Below, in pieces: positions 17,621-27,520 of a DNA stretch of 64,000 nt. The DNA comes from Actinomycetes bacterium (GTDB lineage Bacteria; Actinomycetota; Acidimicrobiia; Acidimicrobiales; Acidimicrobiaceae). Numbering within the stretch: position 1 is the first letter of the stretch; each line of letters opens with the position of its first letter. The position numbers and the translations under genes were made by a program. The stretch lies in NCBI GenBank assembly GCA_021799875.1, contig JAJYZP010000003.1, forward strand, positions 216-64,215, given 5' to 3'. The notes beneath the pieces are model-generated. The model was not told where the DNA came from and did no database searches. It was given only the letters and a program-made list of their open reading frames with translations.

Positions 17621-20600
17621 ATGGGTACGATAGTTTTTGTCTCGAATGCAGATACGGAGCTCCTTGCGCTCCGCAGTATCTGGGAAGACCTTCCTGCTGA
17701 GGTCCCAGAGTTAGTCGCACGAGCACAGAGTGCGGTGGTAGATCTCGAAGCGCTCTCCTCTGACGCCTCGCTCGTCATCGTTCGAGTCCTCGGTGGTCTC
17801 AGAGCGTTCCCAGAGCTGCGATCTTGGGCTAGCGCGTTGGCGGCACGACAGATTCCACTTCTCTGCTTCCCCGGCGATGCACAGGTCGACCCCGAGATGG
17901 TCGAACTCTCCAGCATCCAAGGAGGGCTATGGAAGACAGCCTTCTCCTATCTCGTCAATGGCGGTCTTGTGAACTATCGCAATCTCTTACTTTTTGTCTC
18001 CGATACCATCCTTGGCACGGGGTGCGGCTTCGATGCTCCCAAGGTCATACCACAGGTTGGAATCTACTCTCAGCAACACTGCGGAAGACCTGGAGCGCCG
18101 ACCGTGGCGATTGTCTTCTATCGAGCGCACCTCATCGCAGGCAATACTGCCTTTGTTGACGATCTTGCTCGCGCTCTGTTGGAACGTGGTGCTAACGTCG
18201 TCTCGATCTACGTGTACTCACTTCGTGGAGCAGGAGGCGAGAGCTCTGAGAGTGTTGCCTCTCCGCTTGGGCTCTTGCGCTCGGTCGCTCCCGATACGGT
18301 CATTACCACGGTGTGGGCCTCGGGGAGCTTTGATGACGCGACCTCGCTGTGGGAGAGTCCCGAGTTTGAGACTCTAGGGTGTCCCGTGATCCAGGGCATC
18401 GTAGCGACCAGCTCTCGAGAGGTCTGGGAACAGTCTGATCACGGACTCCGTCCTGCAGATGTTGCCATGAATGTCGCGATCCCAGAGTTCGATGGGAGGA
18501 TCATCACGTTCCCCTTTGCATTTAAGGAGATGATCGACGACGATGATCAGTTCGGGACCGAGATCTACGCCTATCGAACTGATCCGGAGAGAACGGCGAA
18601 ACTGGCCCATCTAGCTTGGAACATAGCATCGTTGCGGTCGCTGGCGAATGAAGAGAAAAAGATAGCGATCGTTCTCTCGGCGTATCCGACCAAGAAGTCT
18701 CGTCTCGGCAACGCCGTCGGACTCGACTCGCCTGCATCGGCGATCTTGTTGCTCGATCGATTGCGATCAGCGGGCTACCTCGTCACCGATCTTCCCAAGA
18801 CCTCCGATGAACTTATGGCGCTCCTGGGCGAGACCGTGGATGTTCGGGATCCGACGAAAGTGGGCAACGGAGTCGATCACGCGTTGAGTCTTGCAACCGA
18901 TAGCTACAACGAGTATCTTGCTACCCTGCCGCTCTCGATACAAGAGGAGCTCGTGGAGTCTCACGGTAGTGCTCCGGGTACAACCTACGTCTCCGATAGT
19001 CTGTTTCGATTTCCAGGTCTACGTTTTGGCAATGTGATCGTGGCGATCCAGCCACCGCGTGGCTTTGGTGAAAATCCCATTGCGATCTACCACTCACCTG
19101 AGCTCCCACCGTCCCACCACTACCTTGCCTTCTACCACTACCTCGAGGAGGTCGAGGGTGTTCATGCTGTGATCCATCTTGGAAAGCACGGAACTCTTGA
19201 GTGGTTGCCCGGTAAGAGCGTCGGCCTCTCTGCTCTTTGTTATCCAGATGTGGCTATCGGCGCAATGCCGGTGATCTACCCGTTTGTGATCAACGATCCT
19301 GGAGAGGGAACCCAGGCAAAGCGTCGCATGCATGCCACGCTGATCGGCCATCTGATCCCTCCGATGACGAGAGCCGATACCTATGGGCATCTCTCTGACC
19401 TTGAAGCTCTGCTCGACGAACATCAGCGAATTCTCTCATTAGATCCGTCGAAGCTCCCACGCATACGAGAAGAGATCTGGGCGCTCCTCGTTGAGGCAGA
19501 GATTGCAAGCGAACTCGGAGTGGTCTCAGATCCAGATTTTGACTCCAGCGACTTCGATGGATTTCTGACGGAGGTAGATGGATACCTCTGCGAGATCAAA
19601 GACGCACTGATTCGTGGCGGGCTCCACACCCTCGGTGAGGCTCCTCGAGGACAGGCGCTCGTCGACATGGTAGCGAGTATCTGTCGGGTAGATCACGGCG
19701 AAATCGTCTCTCTTCGTACGCTCGCAGCAGATGCTCTCGGTATTGAGTCATCGGATTTGCTAGGGCGCCGAGCGACCGATGCGATCGATGAGCTCGTAAC
19801 GTACGAGTTGACCCGGCTCTCGGAAGCAAACTTTGATCCTCACTGCGTGCAGCTAGCACCGGTAGAGATGATCCCGACGCTGGAGTGGGTCTGTTCGTTC
19901 TTGGTTCCAGCGCTCTTGTCGACCGAGGATGAGATGACGAATCTGCTCGCGGCTCTGAACGGACAGAGCGTACCGAGTGGACCATCTGGATCGCCAACTC
20001 GCGGCATGAGCAACACCTTACCGACCGGACGGAACTTCTACTCTCTTGACCCTCGAGCTATTCCGACGAGGCTCTCCTACGAAGTTGGCGAGCGGCTTGC
20101 TGAAGGATTGATTGAACGTTACCGTAGCGAGGAGGGCAACTATCCAACCTCGGTTGGGGTCGTGATCTGGGGTACAGCAGCGATACGCACCGGTGGAGAC
20201 GACATCTCCCAGGTACTCTCCTTGCTGGGGGTGAGACCGAAGTGGGATCCATCGTCTCAGAGGGTCGTTGGCCTTGAGGTGATCCCTCTTGACCAGCTCC
20301 GGCGTCCAAGAATCGACGTCACTTGTCGGATATCTGGATTTTTTCGAGATGCCTTCCCGCAGACCATCGCGCTCTTGGACGAGGCGTATGCGCTGGTTGA
20401 AGCGCTCGATGAGCCTAGCGAGATGAACTCTTTGATCGCCTCGAGAGGTGAGGCACGGATCTTTGGGCCGCCGCTTCGTGCGTACGGCTCTGGAATTCTG
20501 CCGCTGCTTGAGTCGAAGAACTGGCGCTCCGATGACGATCTCGCCGAGGTCTACCTTACGTGGGGAGGCTACACCTACTCTCATGGCCAAGATGGTGCTC

Positions 20601-21166
20601 CAGAGCGAGAGGGATTCGCTGCAAGGCTGAGAACTCTCGACATAGCCTCGAAGAATCAGGACAATCGCGAGCACGATATCTTTGACTCTGACGATTATCT
20701 CCAAGATCACGGTGGAATGATCGCAACGGCTCGCTCGCTGTCGGGCACCTCTCCGAAAGCGTATTTTGGGGACTCCTCTCGTGTTGATCGGCCGGTCGTT
20801 CGATCGTTGAAGGAAGAGGCTGCTCGGGTCATCCGGTCGCGGGTGGTCAATCCCAAGTGGATCGCCTCGATGATGAACCACGGATATAAGGGCGCCTTTG
20901 AGATGGCCGCCACGGTCGACTACGTCTTTGGTTACGATGCAACGGCTCAGGTGATCGAGGATTGGATGTACGAAGCGATCACGGAGTCCTACGTTGGCGA
21001 CGAGGCGGTTCGGAAGTTCTTTGCTGCCTCGAACCCGACCGCTCTTGGTTCCATCTGTGAGCGGCTCCTCGAGGCCGATCAGCGAGGACTGTGGAGTGCA
21101 TCGCCCCAGGCTCGCGAGACGCTGACTCGAGGCCTGCTTGAAAGCGAAGGGTGGGAGGAGTCGTAG
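17621..21166 (+). CDS. cobN: Cobaltochelatase large subunit CobN
   Basis: About 1180 aa. CobN/Mg-chelatase H family blocks include HAVIHLGKHGTLEWLPGK and PTGRNFYSLDPR. ATG 17621 has a GGAG 6 nt upstream. The listed ORF starts at GTG 17609. Confidence 0.95.
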   Translation: MGTIVFVSNADTELLALRSIWEDLPAEVPELVARAQSAVVDLEALSSDASLVIVRVLGGLRAFPELRSWASALAARQIPLLCFPGDAQVDPEMVELSSIQGGLWKTAFSYLVNGGLVNYRNLLLFVSDTILGTGCGFDAPKVIPQVGIYSQQHCGRPGAPTVAIVFYRAHLIAGNTAFVDDLARALLERGANVVSIYVYSLRGAGGESSESVASPLGLLRSVAPDTVITTVWASGSFDDATSLWESPEFETLGCPVIQGIVATSSREVWEQSDHGLRPADVAMNVAIPEFDGRIITFPFAFKEMIDDDDQFGTEIYAYRTDPERTAKLAHLAWNIASLRSLANEEKKIAIVLSAYPTKKSRLGNAVGLDSPASAILLLDRLRSAGYLVTDLPKTSDELMALLGETVDVRDPTKVGNGVDHALSLATDSYNEYLATLPLSIQEELVESHGSAPGTTYVSDSLFRFPGLRFGNVIVAIQPPRGFGENPIAIYHSPELPPSHHYLAFYHYLEEVEGVHAVIHLGKHGTLEWLPGKSVGLSALCYPDVAIGAMPVIYPFVINDPGEGTQAKRRMHATLIGHLIPPMTRADTYGHLSDLEALLDEHQRILSLDPSKLPRIREEIWALLVEAEIASELGVVSDPDFDSSDFDGFLTEVDGYLCEIKDALIRGGLHTLGEAPRGQALVDMVASICRVDHGEIVSLRTLAADALGIESSDLLGRRATDAIDELVTYELTRLSEANFDPHCVQLAPVEMIPTLEWVCSFLVPALLSTEDEMTNLLAALNGQSVPSGPSGSPTRGMSNTLPTGRNFYSLDPRAIPTRLSYEVGERLAEGLIERYRSEEGNYPTSVGVVIWGTAAIRTGGDDISQVLSLLGVRPKWDPSSQRVVGLEVIPLDQLRRPRIDVTCRISGFFRDAFPQTIALLDEAYALVEALDEPSEMNSLIASRGEARIFGPPLRAYGSGILPLLESKNWRSDDDLAEVYLTWGGYTYSHGQDGAPEREGFAARLRTLDIASKNQDNREHDIFDSDDYLQDHGGMIATARSLSGTSPKAYFGDSSRVDRPVVRSLKEEAARVIRSRVVNPKWIASMMNHGYKGAFEMAATVDYVFGYDATAQVIEDWMYEAITESYVGDEAVRKFFAASNPTALGSICERLLEADQRGLWSASPQARETLTRGLLESEGWEES

Positions 21167-23221
21167 ATGGAGAGCGCAACTGGGGGTACCCAACTCACTG
21201 ACGCAGGCTCGCATACCTTCCCCTTTACCGCGGTGGTTGGCTCGGAAGAGGTGAAGCTCGCCCTTTTGCTCTGCGTTATCGATCCAATGATCGGTGGCGT
21301 ACTGATTCGGGGAGAGCGAGGAGCAGGGAAGACGACCTTGGTTCGCGGGCTCGCGTCGCTACTCGGTGCAACCGTTCCCTTCGTTGAGCTCCCGATGGGG
21401 GCGACGGAGGATCGAATCAAGGGCTCTCTCGATGTTGCTCGTGCCCTAAAAAGCGGTGAGATCGTCGTGCAGTCGGGTCTTCTAGGACGCGCGAACGGTG
21501 GCATTCTCTACGTTGATGAGATTAACCTCCTGCCAGATCATCTCGTCGACCTCATCTTGGATGCTTCGGCAACTGGGGTCAACATCGTCGAACGAGACGG
21601 GATCTCTCTTCGTCAGCCATCTCGATTCGTGCTAGTTGGCACTATGAACCCTGAAGAGGGCGATCTCCGACCCCAGCTACTGGATCGTTTTGGACTGTGT
21701 ATCGACGGAGAGAGCGTCTCTGCGATCTCCGATCGAACAGAGGCGGTTCGGCGTCGTCTGTACTTTGAGGCAGATCCCGAAGAGGTCGTAGCGGGTGCAT
21801 CGGAGGAGGAGCTTCTGCTCAAGAACCGTCTGATGAGGACTCGGGATCGTCTTGTAGGGCTCTCGGTTGCGGCGACGTTGACCGATGACGTCCTCGAGGT
21901 GATCAGCGCTCGATCTCAAGCGGAAGGGGTGCAAGGTCTGCGAGGCGATCTCACCTTGGCACGTGCTGCACGAGCTCTTGCGCTCTTTGAAGGCCGTGAT
22001 CTCGTTGATGTCTATGACGTAGAGCGTGTTGCACCGATGGTCTTTGCGCATCGTCGCCGACTTAATCCGCTGGATCAGCCAGGCTCGCCTCGCAGTTCTT
22101 CGACGACATCTCGGGAGTCGATGTCGCAACGGTCAGCTCGAGATCGAGCTTCAGAGTCCACAGACCGTTCTGCACCTACCGAAGGTCGAGGAGCGGACCC
22201 CACATCTTCAGTCGGCCGGAGTGCTCTTGGCGCTACATCCGCTGGTGGGCAGGGTTCTGACTCTGAGGTCGTCGACCATTCGAGCTCGCCGGGGGATACG
22301 GTTCCATCTCAGACCGAGATGGGATTCAACGAGGAGGCCGGGTCGGATGGTGTCGGGGATGGCTCGGTAGACTCCGAAGCTACCACAGAGATCGAAGGGC
22401 AAGACGGCTCTCCGACTCCGAAGGATCTTCCTCTCCAAGAGGGTCCGGAACGGGTCCACGTTGGCGGTTCGGCCCGGTCACTGTTTCCTGCAGCTCGTCA
22501 CGATCTCGAACGTGGCCGGCCAAGTTTCGAACTGCCGCCGAAGAGTGCAGGTGAGGAGGGAGCACCGCTTCATCTTGTGGCCACGGTCCAAGCGATGGTC
22601 GAACGACACAGTGGTGTCCGTGAGAACGATCGAATCAACTCCATGGTGCCCCAGACCGATGATCTGCGCTATCGGCACCGTTCCTACGAGGGTGACCAGT
22701 GTGTGATCTTCCTCGTTGATACCTCTGGGTCCATGGGGGCGGAGGAGCGCATCCGCCTTGCGCGAGAGAGCGCCGTCACGCTTTTGCAGCAGGCGTATCA
22801 ACGACGACTTAAGGTCGCTCTCGTCACCTTTGCCGACGGAAGGGCCTCGATACGCCTCCGGCCGACGAAGAGCGTCGAGGTGGCGGTCGCTCGATTCGAT
22901 GCCGTGACCTACGGTGGTCGAACGCCGCTCGGTGATGGGCTGGCGCGTGGAATCGAGGTTGTTCAAGAGATCCGACGATCTGGAATGTCTGAGCTCGTCG
23001 TACTTTTGACCGATGGTAGGGTCAACCAAGGGGAGGGGAGTGGAGACCCGCTGGCCGATGCAATGCGGCAAGCTGAACGAATGTCGGCTCTTGCGGTTCG
23101 CTCGGTAGTCTGTGACTTCGAGAACTCTCCAGTGCCACTCGGGCTGGCACAACGATTTGCAGCTGCCATGGGGGCCACCTACGTTCCCTATGGTGGTCTC
23201 AGTGCAGTAGCGCAACAGTAG
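21167..23221 (+). CDS. Chelatase ATPase, ChlI-like AAA+ domain fused to a ChlD-like vWA domain (partner of CobN)
   Basis: N-terminal GERGAGKTT Walker A and LYVDEINLL Walker B. A Ser/Asp/Glu-rich linker of more than 150 aa follows. The C-terminal vWA has a DTSGSM MIDAS motif. The ATG directly abuts the cobN stop. Confidence 0.85.
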   Translation: MESATGGTQLTDAGSHTFPFTAVVGSEEVKLALLLCVIDPMIGGVLIRGERGAGKTTLVRGLASLLGATVPFVELPMGATEDRIKGSLDVARALKSGEIVVQSGLLGRANGGILYVDEINLLPDHLVDLILDASATGVNIVERDGISLRQPSRFVLVGTMNPEEGDLRPQLLDRFGLCIDGESVSAISDRTEAVRRRLYFEADPEEVVAGASEEELLLKNRLMRTRDRLVGLSVAATLTDDVLEVISARSQAEGVQGLRGDLTLARAARALALFEGRDLVDVYDVERVAPMVFAHRRRLNPLDQPGSPRSSSTTSRESMSQRSARDRASESTDRSAPTEGRGADPTSSVGRSALGATSAGGQGSDSEVVDHSSSPGDTVPSQTEMGFNEEAGSDGVGDGSVDSEATTEIEGQDGSPTPKDLPLQEGPERVHVGGSARSLFPAARHDLERGRPSFELPPKSAGEEGAPLHLVATVQAMVERHSGVRENDRINSMVPQTDDLRYRHRSYEGDQCVIFLVDTSGSMGAEERIRLARESAVTLLQQAYQRRLKVALVTFADGRASIRLRPTKSVEVAVARFDAVTYGGRTPLGDGLARGIEVVQEIRRSGMSELVVLLTDGRVNQGEGSGDPLADAMRQAERMSALAVRSVVCDFENSPVPLGLAQRFAAAMGATYVPYGGLSAVAQQ

Positions 23222-23249
23222 GCGCTGAGTCTCTGTGCATCCTACAGAT

Positions 23250-23273
23250 CGAGGATCGCGGTGATCTTCGTTT
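23250..23273 (+). terminator. Candidate intrinsic terminator of the cob operon
   Basis: CGAGGATC-GCGGT-GATCTTCG gives an 8-bp stem with one G-U pair, followed by TTT. It sits 29 nt after the chelatase stop. Confidence 0.4.
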
Positions 23274-23528
23274 CGCAGCAGGTGAGCCGTGCGTGCGTCG
23301 GCGACCCACGTTCGTACGGTCTCCCCCGGAGTTACGACCCCAGCCTCCTACCCCTGTAGCTATCGAGTCCTACAGCACTGCGGCAGTTCGAGGCTCTGTC
23401 GCAGTGGTTGGGGGAGCGTGGCTTCGAACTGAGACCGTACAGCCTTGCTCGCTCCGAGACCGAGACCCCCATGCGATGGCAGAAGATCTCAGCTACTGCG
23501 AATTCGATCTCACTGTGGGGTAGAGACC

Positions 23529-24455
23529 TTAGATCGTAACGACGATTTTGCCTCGGGTGTGTCCACTCGTATTGGAGGCGAAAGCGTCCGAGGCGTGATC
23601 GAGGTCGTAGGTCTCTGAGATAATCGGTCGAATCGATCCGCTCTCGACGAGTCGAACGAGAGCGTCGAGGTCATCTCTATCAGGTCGGACGAAGACGTAG
23701 TGGCCGCCTCTGGCACGAACCGATGCATCGGCGACGGAGGCGATCCGACGCTGGTCGTTCACGACAGGGGTGAGCGCCACGAGATCGCTCCCTCCGTAGA
23801 GGTCGAGCAGTCCATCAAGCCCAGATGGCGCGAGCTTGCGCACGGTGTCTTCGAGATCGTCAGAACCGTACAGTATTGGTTCTGCACCCAGAGAGGCAAG
23901 GAACTCTGCGCTCTCCTTCGATCCAGTTGTGATGACGCGTGCACCTAAGGCGCGAGCAATCTGTATGGCGAAGGTTCCGACTCCACCTGCTCCGCCCGAG
24001 ATTAACACGGTCTCTCCTTGTTGCAGCTTCAGAGCGTGAACGAGCCCTTGGTAGGCAGTAAGTCCTGCGAGTGGAAGAGCTGCTGCGTCAGAAAAACCGA
24101 TGGAGGCTGGTAGATGAGCGAGGGTCCGAAATGGCGCTGCGATGCGCTCGGCAAAGCTTCCGTGCTGCACGAAGTCCATGCGAACGTAGCCTAGAACTCT
24201 ATCTCCCACCTTGAAATCCTCAACGGCAGGGCCGACCGCCTCGACGACTCCGGAAACATCCCATCCCGGTACGACGGGGAAGTGGACATCGAGGATGCCT
24301 TCGAGATAGCCGGCCATGATCTTCCAGTCCACGGGATTGACCGAGGTGGCTCGAATGGCTACGAGTACTGAGTCTGGACCTACCTTGGGCTCGGTTACTT
24401 CGCCGACGCTGAGCACCTGAGGATCGCCGTAGTTGCTGTAGAACGCTGCCCGCAT
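23529..24455 (-). CDS. NADPH:quinone oxidoreductase / zinc-type alcohol dehydrogenase family (MDR)
   Basis: GGAGGVGTFAIQIARALGARV Rossmann motif and the SVNPVDWK motif. ATG 24455 has AAGGAG 7 nt upstream. The listed ORF starts at 24470. Confidence 0.85.
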   Translation of the reverse strand: MRAAFYSNYGDPQVLSVGEVTEPKVGPDSVLVAIRATSVNPVDWKIMAGYLEGILDVHFPVVPGWDVSGVVEAVGPAVEDFKVGDRVLGYVRMDFVQHGSFAERIAAPFRTLAHLPASIGFSDAAALPLAGLTAYQGLVHALKLQQGETVLISGGAGGVGTFAIQIARALGARVITTGSKESAEFLASLGAEPILYGSDDLEDTVRKLAPSGLDGLLDLYGGSDLVALTPVVNDQRRIASVADASVRARGGHYVFVRPDRDDLDALVRLVESGSIRPIISETYDLDHASDAFASNTSGHTRGKIVVTI

Positions 24456-24709
24456 CGAGAACTCCTTCAATGACGTATTCGTCTCAGTACAACGAGTCTG
24501 TCTCCTCGCTATTCCACGGAGATGACTCTGCTACTGCAGTGTGTGCGTACGTCTGGCCGCGTTTTGCTTTGTTGTGGACCGAAGAGATGGAGCTGGGTGG
24601 TCCGATCACAGAGCTCAGCTGGCGGCGCTGCATCGTTCTGTAGGGTACGATGCAGCGCTGGGTCTACGGACAGTGGCTGAGGCGTGTGAGCTCACGAAGG
24701 AAGATCCCC

Positions 24710-26155
24710 TCAAACAGCGAGGATCTCCTGTTCGTTCGGCTCCTGTTGCAGTGCTGCCTCTGCTTGTACCGAGCGGCGTGCGAGCAAGTAGTAGACAACT
24801 CCCCCGACGAGGAGGCCGGTAAAGATAGAAAAGTCGGCACCGTTAGTGGCGTTTGAGATTGGGCTGACGTAGTGCGGATACGCGTCGAGTGCCATGAGGG
24901 ATGCGATCATTCCTAGGATCTGAGCGATGATGCCCGGCCAGTGAATACCCCCTGACCGATAGTACAGCCCCGATCTCGTCTTCTGGAGGTCTGATGCAGA
25001 GTATCGAAACTTCCGCAAGGCCCAATCGACGAGATAGATCGCCGTCCATGGCGCAACCCACACGATGATAAACAAGATGAACTCATTGAGAAGATTGTTG
25101 AAGGAGCTAGCGAAGATTGCGTACCCGGCCAGAGTCGTGCAGATGACCGTGTCTAAGACGACGGCCTGCCATCTTTTCAATCTGAGGCCTAACGCTTGGA
25201 GCGTTACTCCCGATGAGTAGAGGTCGAGTGAGTTGATAGCAAAGAGCTGCAAGATAGCAACGATGAGATAGGGCCAGAGAAACCAGCCAGAGAATGCACT
25301 CGATAGGCCGGTGATCGAAGCGTTCTGGCTTCCAACAAAGGTCGCTACGGCGGCCCCAAGCGTCATCAGTAGCACCGATGGAATATAGGTCCCGAGAAAG
25401 ATCGCTACCACGGTCTTGGTCTTTGAAAACGTTCGTGGGAGGTATCGTGAAAAGTCGTTACCGTTCTCGGCCCAACCAAGCCCGGAGGCCGAGATGATAA
25501 AGGCGAGACCTTCGAAGTAGACCTGCCACGATGCGCCATGTGCCACGCTGTGGAGCTTGACTTTGGAGACCGTGAGTGCAGCAAAAACGATGAAAAGTGC
25601 GAGGAACGGCCAAAAGAGTACTCGCAGGGTCTTCAAGATCTTATGGTGCCCGAGAAGCGGAAGGACGAGCTGAATTGCACCGGCCAACAGGAGGAAGACG
25701 ATTTTGTAGCCAGCTCCCGGACTGTGCACTCCGGCTTTTTGAGTGAGTGCGATGGCGGCCAGGACGATAATCGCCACTCCCTCTGTCTCAAACCCTACCT
25801 GAGTCAGCCAGTTGAAAAGGGCGAGCAAGCGTGAGCCGTTCGGGCCGAAGGCTGCCCGATTGATCGTAAAGGTCGTTGTTCCTGCCTCAGGACCCTGCAG
25901 TGATGTCAAGCTCAAAAGGATGTATGAGAGGTTGGCTATCAGGATAATAGAGATGGCCTGAAGGAGGGTGAAGCCAAAACCGAAGAGCACCGCTCCGTAC
26001 ACGAGGTACTCGACGTTGAAGAGCGCACCGGACCACATCCAAAATAAGTTTCGAGGCTGCGCCCATCGCTCCGATGCGGGGATGTAGTCGATTCCTCTAC
26101 TTTCAATGCCGAGTGGACCCGCCTCCGCTATGGGGTATTCAAGGACCTCTCTCAT
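24710..26155 (-). CDS. NCS1 family purine-cytosine/allantoin-type permease
   Basis: About 12 TM segments, the N-terminal RGIDYIPASERW motif typical of cytosine/purine permeases, and 481 aa length. Confidence 0.85.
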   Translation of the reverse strand: MREVLEYPIAEAGPLGIESRGIDYIPASERWAQPRNLFWMWSGALFNVEYLVYGAVLFGFGFTLLQAISIILIANLSYILLSLTSLQGPEAGTTTFTINRAAFGPNGSRLLALFNWLTQVGFETEGVAIIVLAAIALTQKAGVHSPGAGYKIVFLLLAGAIQLVLPLLGHHKILKTLRVLFWPFLALFIVFAALTVSKVKLHSVAHGASWQVYFEGLAFIISASGLGWAENGNDFSRYLPRTFSKTKTVVAIFLGTYIPSVLLMTLGAAVATFVGSQNASITGLSSAFSGWFLWPYLIVAILQLFAINSLDLYSSGVTLQALGLRLKRWQAVVLDTVICTTLAGYAIFASSFNNLLNEFILFIIVWVAPWTAIYLVDWALRKFRYSASDLQKTRSGLYYRSGGIHWPGIIAQILGMIASLMALDAYPHYVSPISNATNGADFSIFTGLLVGGVVYYLLARRSVQAEAALQQEPNEQEILAV

Positions 26156-26158
26156 GAA

Positions 26159-27352
26159 CTATCTCGCTTTCTCTCGTGTTGGTTGTGATCGGTCTCTCTC
26201 TCGTAACCGGGTTTGAGCTTGTGCGCTCATCGCCGAGTGGGAGGACGAGAGAGCGGTATGTCTGTTCCACTGATCGAAGCGTCCGAGGTGTGCTCGCAGG
26301 ACCTTTCGAAGAGCGAGCGTCATTGCATCGGCGCGAGTATGGACTTCGATTGTTGGGTCAAGTGGAAGTACGAGAGAGGGCATCTGGCGCTGTAGCCACA
26401 GGTCCTCCTCAATGATTGCGCGCTCAAACTCGATAGCGCTCTTCATGGCTTGAGGATCTCCCCCGAGATCGTCGCGCCAGAGAGTTGAGAAGATGACGCA
26501 CTCCTCCTCGTTCACCGGCTGAACGAAGAAGCCAATGATGTTCGTTCCGCCGCTCGTGAGGAAGTCGATGGTGAGGAAGAGCGTGAATGGTGCGTGGTAC
26601 TGGTACGTGAGTTTTCGTCGCTGGATGAGCGGTCGAAGACCACTTTGGACGCCGGGATCCTCTCGGTTGGCGAACTCGTGCTCGTAGATAGCGCAGAAAC
26701 CGTGGTCGTCATAGGAGATCTCTGCCGTCCCAACTGTAACGGCGTCCTCGGAAGCGAACGTTGAGGCGTGGAGAAATGGGAAGTGAGCCAAATCAATAAA
26801 GTTATCGCAGAGAAATCCCGCTGAAGCTCGTGTGGCGATGATCGGTAGCTCACCGACCTGAAATCGAGAGTTCACCACGCTCTCGTGCTCCGGTGGAGGA
26901 GATAGTGGGGTTCTCGGTGCGAGGTAGACCATTCCGAAGCGTTCCGTGATACCCGCAGCGGCGGAGAGACGCGCTCGCTCCGGTCTACGAGCCTCAGGCG
27001 GAAGGGCCGGTATCTCGATGCACTGTCCGCTGTGGTCGAAGCGCCATCCGTGGTAGGCGCACTCAAGCCCGCTCTCTCGACAGCGTCCGAGGGAGAGCGG
27101 AGCTAGCCGATGAGGACACTGATCGACGAAGGCTTCGATCTCTCCCTCATGACGATAGAGCACCCACGCTTCGCCCATCAGGGTGACTCGGTGTGGGTTC
27201 TCGCCGACATCGGTGCTGCGAGCCACTGGGTGCCAGCTGTGCAGCAGCGCTGGGTCGACATTGCTGAGCAGCTTGCGTTGGGGCAGTACATCCCCGATAC
27301 TGCTCATCTGATCGCAAACCTCGCTTTTCGGCCAACCCGACTCAACTACCAT
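26159..27352 (-). CDS. Rieske [2Fe-2S] non-heme iron oxygenase (alpha-subunit-like)
   Basis: Rieske motif CPHRLAPLSLG...CAYHGWRF. Its stop lies 3 nt upstream of the permease start. An alternative start is ATG 27307 (MSSIGD). Confidence 0.85.
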   Translation of the reverse strand: MVVESGWPKSEVCDQMSSIGDVLPQRKLLSNVDPALLHSWHPVARSTDVGENPHRVTLMGEAWVLYRHEGEIEAFVDQCPHRLAPLSLGRCRESGLECAYHGWRFDHSGQCIEIPALPPEARRPERARLSAAAGITERFGMVYLAPRTPLSPPPEHESVVNSRFQVGELPIIATRASAGFLCDNFIDLAHFPFLHASTFASEDAVTVGTAEISYDDHGFCAIYEHEFANREDPGVQSGLRPLIQRRKLTYQYHAPFTLFLTIDFLTSGGTNIIGFFVQPVNEEECVIFSTLWRDDLGGDPQAMKSAIEFERAIIEEDLWLQRQMPSLVLPLDPTIEVHTRADAMTLALRKVLRAHLGRFDQWNRHTALSSSHSAMSAQAQTRLRERDRSQPTREKAR

Positions 27353-27520
27353 AGCGCATCTGTGCAGGAGAGCGGAAGATCGTGGAGCGAGATTCCATTA
27401 ACGCTCGATTACATTTGGGCTTCGCTCCACCGATCGCGCAGAGAAAGCATCTTTCTCGGTGTGCCTCCTCGCTGGCAATGCGCCAAGGCGTTTCCGTTGT
27501 TCGGTCGAATGGTGAGCTAT

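Noticed and set aside
20018-21214. 398-aa minus-strand ORF inside cobN. Similar antisense ORFs occur at 4025-4927 (+, in the M13 peptidase), 22478-23215 (-, in the chelatase) and 48971-49612 (-, alternate frame of the YfhO-like gene)
   Set aside because: All overlap confidently identified genes, have Arg/Pro/Ser-skewed low-information sequences, and carry no motifs. Such shadow ORFs are typical of GC-rich DNA.
23409-23471. 63-nt segment beginning TGGGGG and ending CCCCCA with an internal TTCGAA, considered as a minus-strand tRNA
   Set aside because: It is too short. Only 5 bp of acceptor-like pairing form, and there is no canonical T-loop, D-arm or anticodon stem.
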